A stretch of DNA of 60,019 bases, counting the filler. It is 4 parts of 4 records of this genome, joined end to end, with 100 filler letters (N's around TTAATTAATTAA, not from the genome) between each part and the next. Parts side by side here need not be neighbours in the genome. Positions count along the whole stretch, not along the records: positions 33,686 to 54,380 come from SRR22947727_1571; positions 54,481 to 60,019 come from SRR22947727_1577; 2 more parts are not named here. One strand, 5' to 3'. A model generated the notes under the pieces. That model was not told the DNA's origin and did not search any database. It saw only the letters and a program-made list of their open reading frames with translations. Position numbers and translations under genes: made by a program. This document shows, one piece after another, positions 52,501 through 57,574 of this stretch (position 1 is its first letter; each line of letters begins with the position of its first letter).

Positions 52501-52976
52501 AGGGTTGATGATTTGCCTGTGGCATCATCGCCAACCGCCAAAACCATGCCGCCATATTTGGCAACGCCGCCCATATTGGCATGGCGAATTGCGTCAAGTG
52601 CGCGATCAAGGCCCGGCCCCTTGCCATACCAAAGGCCAAACACCCCATCAATTTTTGGCTGATCATAAAGATGGATATGCTGGCTTCCCCAGATTGCAGT
52701 TGCCGCCAGTTCTTCATTGATTGCTGGCTGGAATGTCACCCCGTCTTTTTCCAGCAGGTCAAGATTGCGATTTAATTCGAGGTCGAGTCCGCCAAGTGGT
52801 GACCCCGGATAACCACTGACAAGGCCACGGCTATTGATTCCCTGTTCGCGGTCAAGACGCGCCTGCTCGAGAAGTAGGCGCACCAAAGCTTGGGTTCCAG
52901 TCATGTAAGCCGGCCCATGATCCTTTGTGTAGCAATCCAGAAGTTTTATTTTGTCCATCAGGAAGTAATTAAACAT
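49506..52976 (-). CDS. Indolepyruvate ferredoxin oxidoreductase family protein (fused alpha/beta)
   Basis: SGYPGSPLGG, WYGKGPG, CAGCPHN, GIGCH, GDGTYAHSG, CEGCGDC...SNC, GIGGTGV, KDEYEVAR, RGYGH. Confidence 0.92.
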   Translation of the reverse strand: MFNYFLMDKIKLLDCYTKDHGPAYMTGTQALVRLLLEQARLDREQGINSRGLVSGYPGSPLGGLDLELNRNLDLLEKDGVTFQPAINEELAATAIWGSQHIHLYDQPKIDGVFGLWYGKGPGLDRALDAIRHANMGGVAKYGGMVLAVGDDATGKSSTLAYQSEQTFIAAGVPFFYPRSIHDIIPMGLQAFALSRLAGCCVGMKIVVDTADASSIIDLDRIRPEITANDESGPVHIGRHDPALVREDRLFNFRLPAVRRFQKAQNINSIIGSQPAIGKLGIMTVGKTTYEVNDALASLGIDDPAKAGIGLFSIVMPWPIDPASLVDFAKYYDEVMVVEEKRPIVEDQMARAVVNLADRAVITGKLAPDGSRLLPETGEITHAILMAAIRERASAHDIAMRPIIQPDITIADLPKIAARTPWYCAGCPHNSSTKLPDGEIVGMGIGCHSISGFLTPDIITNFTQMGGEGAFWIGRAPFSSHHHSFQNIGDGTYAHSGYLGIRAAVAAGVNITFKILYNGAVAMTGGQTVEGGQPPWVISRQLAAEGVVKIAVVSDTPDALLTGANWASNCQFYDRQDMLALQQELKSIAGVTAIIYVQGCATELRRKRKRGLIADKPETIMINDAVCEGCGDCAVKSNCVAVKPLMRPEGEKRQIDQSLCNKDMSCLNGFCPSFVTVKKADKSCQSTPAKTFVKPTFPEDITLPMPPPASGDICNIFIAGIGGTGVSTLAGILIMAARVDGIAGTAVNQTGLSQKNGGVTSQIRLARNQSLDGHMVRLPSHEADLLIGCDAVVAANDMVLGLLNKTQSRAILNDNIDPVGVAGVGIGSTVDMPLVMTRLGTAMNPDHIVKWAISSLANQLLGSTTSSNIIMLGWALQKGFIPLGIDAVEAALRLNGTSLENNLAALRWGRLLAHAPDKLFAHLDAITAIPQNETALNDPDRAIAYFTAQLKSYQNAAYAARYETIITQFMTRLKSQDSLSNDIGVAAARALYRAMAIKDEYEVARQLTSTDFTTKIAAVAGKDAAISYHLAPPMLAWLKARDGSPRKIRFGRWLTPYLRGLARLSWLRDSWADPFGYATDRRAERAYRERVIDWLDALGMAASPDRQDQIKTALELMLKVRGYGHIRAANHSRYAPQITTIIAQISTLPPPIDMAAE

Positions 52977-53153
52977 AAATTTGGATTAACTATAAAGTGA
53001 TTATTAGAACCATGCTGTCTTTAAACTTCACTTTTAAATCCAAAAAGCTTTGCATGGCGCATATGCTTAAACATGTCTAAGAATAGTATTCATCGATAGC
53101 ACCTACATTTCTTTTTTGTTTTTTGACCTCATACAGTGCCGGAAGATTCAATC

Positions 53154-54035
53154 ATGACAACAAGATCTGATCCGCTGAAGGCAACAGTTTGGATGATTGG
53201 GGCGATGGTGTCATTTAGTTTGATGGCGGTTTCAGGGCGAGAGCTTGCAACCAGCTTGAACACCTTTGAGATAATGCTGTATCGGTCTATAATTGGCCTT
53301 TTGATTGTTTTAGTTATTGGTTTCTTTGCTAAAACCCTTAATGAAATTAGGTGTGACCGCCTTGGTCTACATTTGTTCCGAAACTTGGCTCATTTTTCTG
53401 GACAAAATTTATGGTTTTTTGCTGTAGCTTACATTCCATTTTCACAACTTTTTGCATTAGAGTTTTCCACACCAATCTGGGTTGCGTTATTTGCTCCTTT
53501 ATTTTTGGGCGAGGCCTTAACAAGGCAGCGTGTCTTAACTGTTGTATTAGGATTTGCAGGTGTATTGATCGTTGCTAGGCCAGATATGGAACAACTTAAT
53601 TTTACAATTATTGCAGCGGTTGCTTGTGCTATCTGTTTTGCCGGTTCAATGATGGCGACTAAAAAGCTGACGAACGATCAATCTATTACGTGTATTCTTT
53701 TTTGGCTGACCTTAATGCAGCTTTTCATGGGCCTTATGGCAACGTTTTTTTTGGGTATGAACACTTTTCCAGAAGGCATTAATATCATATGGGTTGTGAT
53801 CGTGGGTATAGGTGGTTTGATGGCTCATTTTTGTATCACCAATGCACTGGCACTTGCTCCAGCCATTGTTGTCATCCCCCTGGACTTCATGCGTTTGCCA
53901 TTGATTAGTGTGATTGGCTTTTTGATTTATGGTGAGGCTTTTGAGCTACCAATTCTTTTGGGCGCGGGGATTATTTTCATCGCAATTTTGTTAAATTTGA
54001 AAGCTGAAAAGGAACGTCAGTCCGAGCTGGCCTAA
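53154..54035 (+). CDS. DMT/EamA family transporter
   Basis: About ten hydrophobic segments; LFLGE, DFMRLP, YGE. Confidence 0.88.
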   Translation: MTTRSDPLKATVWMIGAMVSFSLMAVSGRELATSLNTFEIMLYRSIIGLLIVLVIGFFAKTLNEIRCDRLGLHLFRNLAHFSGQNLWFFAVAYIPFSQLFALEFSTPIWVALFAPLFLGEALTRQRVLTVVLGFAGVLIVARPDMEQLNFTIIAAVACAICFAGSMMATKKLTNDQSITCILFWLTLMQLFMGLMATFFLGMNTFPEGINIIWVVIVGIGGLMAHFCITNALALAPAIVVIPLDFMRLPLISVIGFLIYGEAFELPILLGAGIIFIAILLNLKAEKERQSELA

Positions 54036-54163
54036 ATGGTGTTATTTAATAGCTGTGTTTGTCTGGGGCTAATGAATGTGATGTGCAAATCAGACTTGTC
54101 ACTTTAAGACTGATTAGTCACTATCATATATTGCGGGCCTTATTTGAGTTTGAAAGCAGATTG

Positions 54164-54380
54164 ATGTCAGAAAAATATGATTATGTGATTGTTGGTGCTG
54201 GCAGTGCTGGGTGTGTTCTAGCAAATCGCTTGACTGCTTGTGGCACCTATAAGGTTTGCCTTTTGGAAGCGGGTCCGTCTGATTGGAATCCTATGATCCA
54301 TATCCCTGCTGGTTTCATTAAAACACTGGTCAATCCATCAGTAAATTGGATGTATCAAAGTGAGGCTAGTAAAGGAACGA
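54164..54380 (+). CDS. GMC oxidoreductase (choline dehydrogenase-like), truncated
   Basis: [19 protein letters not shown]...LLEAG...IHIPAG. Confidence 0.88.
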
Positions 54381-54480
54381 NNNNNNNNNNNNNNNNNNNN
54401 NNNNNNNNNNNNNNNNNNNNNNNNTTAATTAATTAANNNNNNNNNNNNNNNNNNNNNNNNNNNNNNNNNNNNNNNNNNNN
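54381..54480. other. Artificial contig linker
   Basis: N run + TTAATTAATTAA + N run, 100 bp. Confidence 0.98.
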
Positions 54481-54580
54481 TTTTTTTTTTTTTTTTTTTT
54501 TTCTGGCCTATATACTATAACCGCGTAATTTAAGTTCCGCGGCCCGCGCACTCCGATCCTTGTTCCATCCCCCACAAACC

Positions 54581-54610
54581 AAAGGCCCCACGCATTTAGC
54601 GCAGGGCCTT
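54581..54610 (-). terminator. Probable terminator ending the leftward phage transcript
   Basis: Minus strand AAGGCCCTGCGC-TAAAT-GCGTGGGGCCTTT followed by GGTTTGT. Confidence 0.6.
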
Positions 54611-54667
54611 ATTATTAGAACGCTGGTGCATAGCCATAACGTATTCTCTTAGTGTTTGGCCGTACAT
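54596..54667 (-). CDS. Possible 23-aa peptide MYGQTLREYVMAMHQRSNNKALR
   Basis: AGGAAG upstream of the ATG; overlaps the end of the previous gene; stop lies in the terminator loop. Confidence 0.3.
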   Translation of the reverse strand: MYGQTLREYVMAMHQRSNNKALR

Positions 54668-54951
54668 TGTTGTTCTTCCTGTATTGTTTCGAGCGTGTCT
54701 CGCACTTCTTGCCAGCTTCTACAAAACAGATTGTCGTCCCATCCTTTGGGCCCAACGGCGTCTTTGTAGTATTCTACTATACAACACCAATCGTGGGTTT
54801 TCCGTTCGATGGTTAGTTCGATGTTCATTTCTTTTGCTAATTTCTTAGCGTGGTATCGATCTCTGTTGTTTTTCTTTACTTGCTCTTTTTCCCGTTTTTC
54901 TTTTTCGGGGTCTTTAAGCAAGTTTCCAAACATCAATTCAATGAAGTCCAT
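54649..54951 (-). CDS. Phage hypothetical protein (100 aa)
   Basis: SD AGGAG; first gene after promoter P4. Confidence 0.75.
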   Translation of the reverse strand: MDFIELMFGNLLKDPEKEKREKEQVKKNNRDRYHAKKLAKEMNIELTIERKTHDWCCIVEYYKDAVGPKGWDDNLFCRSWQEVRDTLETIQEEQQCTAKH

Positions 54952-55007
54952 CGTACATTCTCCTAATTGTCAAAAAGCGTTCGAGAGTTGTCCTAACCCT
55001 CAAAACA

Positions 55008-55036
55008 ACCCTACCACAAATATGGGAGAAAGTCAA
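55008..55036 (-). promoter_or_regulatory. Promoter P4 with TCCCATA box
   Basis: TTGACT-ttcTCCCATAtttgtgg (17 nt)-TAGGGT. Confidence 0.7.
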
Positions 55037-55266
55037 CTTACCCGTTTTTTAGTTCGTTGTGCTGTATACTCGAACCGGCCTTTTCCTTTACGTTTTTGCA
55101 CCAGCGAGACGAGGCCAGATCGAGCAGCTTCGAGGGCCGCGAATTTATGTTTACCGCCCGCGTATGCTCCGACGTGGTATATTATTGTGTCTCCCTGTCG
55201 CGTTGTTTTCAGTGCTTCATCGAATGTCATTTTAGCGAGGGCGTGTAGGGATATGTCGAGTATCAT
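55033..55266 (-). CDS. Phage hypothetical protein (77 aa)
   Basis: ATGA coupling with the upstream gene; GDTIIYHVG...LVQKR...FEYTAQR. Confidence 0.75.
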   Translation of the reverse strand: MILDISLHALAKMTFDEALKTTRQGDTIIYHVGAYAGGKHKFAALEAARSGLVSLVQKRKGKGRFEYTAQRTKKRVS

Positions 55267-55466
55267 ATTTGTTTTCCGGCTTTTCGTAGATTTTTAACGA
55301 AGTTGCTTAGTTCTTCTTTTGCGGACCAGAGCTCGCGTTCGATATTTAGTCTGCGGTTATATTGCTCGTTATCTGTTTTATATTTTTCGTCTTGCAGTCT
55401 ATCGACTTGGCGTCTGAGCCATTTCAGTTCGTTTTCTTGAAACGGGTTTAATTTATCGTCATCCAT
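55263..55466 (-). CDS. Phage hypothetical coiled-coil protein (67 aa)
   Basis: SD GGGAG; helical heptad pattern. Confidence 0.75.
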   Translation of the reverse strand: MDDDKLNPFQENELKWLRRQVDRLQDEKYKTDNEQYNRRLNIERELWSAKEELSNFVKNLRKAGKQI

Positions 55467-55478
55467 GCTGCTCTCCCT

Positions 55479-55667
55479 TCAGTGCATTTTTTGTTTATCG
55501 ATTTCCTCATATAGAAATGCCCCTGCCATTTCTGACACGAGGGGCCATATTCTTTCTGAGTTATATGCGGCAACGATGTTGGCTATTATGACGGCGATGT
55601 CTGGGCCGGACAGGTTTGGCGGGCAGACTTCTAAAATGTCTTCCACTGTCTTTTCTAAGTCTAACAT
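55479..55667 (-). CDS. Phage hypothetical protein (62 aa)
   Basis: AAGGTG upstream; fits the gene array. Confidence 0.7.
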   Translation of the reverse strand: MLDLEKTVEDILEVCPPNLSGPDIAVIIANIVAAYNSERIWPLVSEMAGAFLYEEIDKQKMH

Positions 55668-55704
55668 CGTTGCGCACCTTTTGTTTTTGGATTAAGTTAT
55701 TTTA

Positions 55705-55786
55705 GAGGCCAGCTGTACTTTTAACCACTGTTGTTTGTTGGTTGAGCACTACCAGAAAGCGCCACTTTCCGATCATGGCTGGCCTC
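55705..55786. ncRNA. Candidate structured RNA (three-way junction)
   Basis: Perfect 9-bp closing stem GAGGCCAGC/GCTGGCCTC enclosing two hairpins, in the intergenic gap. Confidence 0.4.
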
Positions 55787-55792
55787 ACGATT

Positions 55793-55957
55793 TTATCCCT
55801 CAAATATAAATTTCATATCTTCGAAGGATACTTCTTTTCTAGCCAACATTTGTTCTTCTATTTTCTGTCGGCGCAGTTCTGTTCCGCTTGGTGGCAATTC
55901 GCCGAACACCGCTTTAAACGCCTGATCTAAAGCATAATCCATTTCTTCTCTACTCAT
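55793..55957 (-). CDS. Phage hypothetical protein (54 aa, MSREEMDY...)
   Basis: SD AGGAG upstream of the ATG at 55957. Confidence 0.7.
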   Translation of the reverse strand: MSREEMDYALDQAFKAVFGELPPSGTELRRQKIEEQMLARKEVSFEDMKFIFEG

Positions 55958-55973
55958 AGTAGTACTCCTATAA

Positions 55974-56585
55974 TTATTCATCGTTGAAAAGGTCAAAACC
56001 TTTGCTGGTTAAAGCCTGCCCGCTCTTTAGAACGTGGTCCGTGCGGTAACCCCGTTTCGTAGCATAGCCTCTCATTTTCCGCAGGGCCTTGGCCTCTATA
56101 TGACGAGCCCTCTCCCTCGTAACGCCCATTGCTTTACCCGTTTGTTCTAAAGACTGATTCAGTGCAAAACGTAGCGATATGCAACGGCGCTCTCTTGGTG
56201 ATAATCCGCTGGACAAATCTGAGATCGCACTAAATTGGGCCAGAGTTTTCTCGGTGGACCCGTCTTGCATTATGCTCTTTACGCTGTCCAAACCAACTTC
56301 CATTTCAGATGACGATTTTGATAACTGTAACTCACGAAGGTGTTCGGGCCATAACTCCTCTGGCTCTTTGCCAACCATTGCCGCAACATCCAAAGCTAAG
56401 TCTGTCCAACCGTTGTGGTTAAATGGCTTTAACTTCATCCTAACAAGAGCCCCTAGCTGAGACTTACCTCTGACTAATTGACGAGATAAATCCGAAACCG
56501 AATCATACTTTTCCCTGATCGCACTTAATAGCCTGCCGTTGCGTACCGACACCTTAATGTTGAAATCTTTGTCCTCCTCCATCAT
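55974..56585 (-). CDS. Phage protein with a possible N-terminal HTH and a C-terminal sigma-70 region 4 domain
   Basis: LSPRERRCISLRF...SLEQTGKAMGVTRERARHIEAKALRKMR matches sigma-70 region 4.2; no region 2 recognisable. Confidence 0.85.
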   Translation of the reverse strand: MMEEDKDFNIKVSVRNGRLLSAIREKYDSVSDLSRQLVRGKSQLGALVRMKLKPFNHNGWTDLALDVAAMVGKEPEELWPEHLRELQLSKSSSEMEVGLDSVKSIMQDGSTEKTLAQFSAISDLSSGLSPRERRCISLRFALNQSLEQTGKAMGVTRERARHIEAKALRKMRGYATKRGYRTDHVLKSGQALTSKGFDLFNDE

Positions 56586-56770
56586 TATTCCTCCTCAAAA
56601 ATAGAATTACCCAGATCAATAGGCAATTCGACTGTTGTTATTCTGAAAGAGCATTTCCTACACGCGCGGCGGCGTTTCACGGTTGGAAAGCCGTAGGCCG
56701 TGTGCTCTCGACTGTCTATCGCTTGCATTTTTACTTTGCATTTTGGGCAGTGTGTTACGACGAGGGTCAT
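56585..56770 (-). CDS. Stand-alone NrdR-like zinc-ribbon protein
   Basis: HCPKC...IDSR...VKRRRACRKCSFRITTVE parallels the NrdR N-terminus (CPxC...DSR...RRRRECxxCxxRFTTxE); no ATP cone. SD spacing favours the ATG at 56770. Confidence 0.8.
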   Translation of the reverse strand: MTLVVTHCPKCKVKMQAIDSREHTAYGFPTVKRRRACRKCSFRITTVELPIDLGNSIFEEE

Positions 56771-56795
56771 TAACATTCTCCTGTTTGGTTTTTAC

Positions 56796-56824
56796 AGGAT
56801 ATAAATGGTATGGGATAAAGTCAA
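56796..56824 (-). promoter_or_regulatory. Promoter P3 with TCCCATA box
   Basis: TTGACT-ttaTCCCATAccattta (17 nt)-TATCCT. Confidence 0.72.
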
Positions 56825-56844
56825 CCAAATTTATTCACACAAAG

Positions 56845-56879
56845 AAAAAGCCCTCAGTCAGGACATGAACTGAGGGCTT
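56845..56879 (-). terminator. Intrinsic terminator
   Basis: Minus strand AAGCCCTCAGT-TCATGTCCTG-ACTGAGGGCTT followed by TTTCTTT. Confidence 0.85.
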
Positions 56880-56908
56880 AGTCACTAATTAAACATTGGA
56901 GAATGTCT
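56845..56908 (-). ncRNA. Predicted ~64-nt sRNA with an anti-Shine-Dalgarno loop
   Basis: Lies between promoter P2 and an intrinsic terminator; 5' hairpin AGACAUU-CUCC-AAUGUUU; no ORF with a ribosome-binding site. Confidence 0.6.
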
Positions 56909-56911
56909 AAG

Positions 56912-57088
56912 TCATTTATACGCGACTTTATGGGAGGTGTCAACGTTCTTATCGCGGTTTTGGGCATATACATCGAACATAACTCGGAGTTGTCCACTTA
57001 TTGTACGTCCGTTGGCCGCGGAATCCAGTTTTATTTCCTTGTAAACCTCGATTGGTACAAGAACACTTTTCCATTTTGTCGTATCCAT
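56912..57088 (-). CDS. Ribbon-helix-helix (Arc/CopG-like) DNA-binding protein, 58 aa, missing from the ORF track
   Basis: MDTTKWKSVLVPIEVYKEIKLDSAANGRTISGQLRVMFDVYAQNRDKNVDTSHKVAYK: strand KSVLVP, helix, GRTIS turn, helix. SD GAGG; own promoter P1. Confidence 0.75.
   Translation of the reverse strand: MDTTKWKSVLVPIEVYKEIKLDSAANGRTISGQLRVMFDVYAQNRDKNVDTSHKVAYK
56915..56943 (-). promoter_or_regulatory. Promoter P2 with TCCCATA box, inside the 3' end of the RHH gene
   Basis: TTGACA-ccTCCCATAaagtcgcg (17 nt)-TATAAA. Confidence 0.75.
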
Positions 57089-57115
57089 AAGGCAATCCTC
57101 GTCGCTTCACGGCCG

Positions 57116-57144
57116 ACCATATAGGAGTTTATGGGAACCTGCAA
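57116..57144 (-). promoter_or_regulatory. Promoter P1 with TCCCATA box
   Basis: TTGCAG-gtTCCCATAaactccta (17 nt)-TATGGT. Confidence 0.68.
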
Positions 57145-57159
57145 GAAAAAACCTTTTCA

Positions 57160-57426
57160 TCAATCTGACGATGATTTATTTGGGCCTCTTGTACCTCTAA
57201 AAACTATTTCGTGAATTGATCCCGTTGGGCCGCGTCTTTCTGAAAGAAGGACACCAGCTTGATGGTTTACAATACATAAGTCATCTTTAGAAGTGTTCGA
57301 TGGATCGACTAGCTCATCACAAAAGATTTGTGCTTTTTTTCGTATCGCCGTGTCAAGTTCGCTCGCATCTTCGAAGGTTTTTGCTTCAAAATCAATAACG
57401 ACAACGGCTCTCAAAGAGTTTCCCAT
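57160..57426 (-). CDS. Phage hypothetical protein (88 aa)
   Basis: SD AAGGA; full-length ORF on the gene-bearing strand. Confidence 0.72.
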   Translation of the reverse strand: MGNSLRAVVVIDFEAKTFEDASELDTAIRKKAQIFCDELVDPSNTSKDDLCIVNHQAGVLLSERRGPTGSIHEIVFRGTRGPNKSSSD

Positions 57427-57499
57427 TTTATTTCCTTTCTGGTTACAGGGCTTAACAAATACACCATATAACTAGCACTGTAAATATGTTTATATAAAT

Positions 57500-57531
57500 A
57501 AAAAACCCTCTTGCGGTTTAAGGCAAGAGGG
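57500..57531 (-). terminator. Intrinsic terminator after the polymerase gene
   Basis: Minus strand CCCTCTTGC-CTTAAACC-GCAAGAGGG-TTTTTT. Confidence 0.85.
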
Positions 57532-57574
57532 CAGTTGGAAGTGGTGGGCGTATATCGAGCAGTACGCCAAGCCT

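Noticed and set aside
54481-54502. 22-nt poly-T at the start of the phage contig
   Set aside because: Sits at a contig end, where homopolymer length is unreliable; cannot be read as a poly(A) tail or terminus signal.
55705-55786. tRNA, hammerhead ribozyme or terminator
   Set aside because: No TTCRA T-loop or CCA end, no CUGANGA core and no U tract; kept only as an unclassified structured RNA.
56903-57124. 73-aa plus-strand ORF preceded by GGAGA
   Set aside because: The GGAGA abuts the ATG with no usable spacing, and the ORF is antisense to the better supported RHH gene. The GGAGAATGT is better explained as the template of the sRNA seed.
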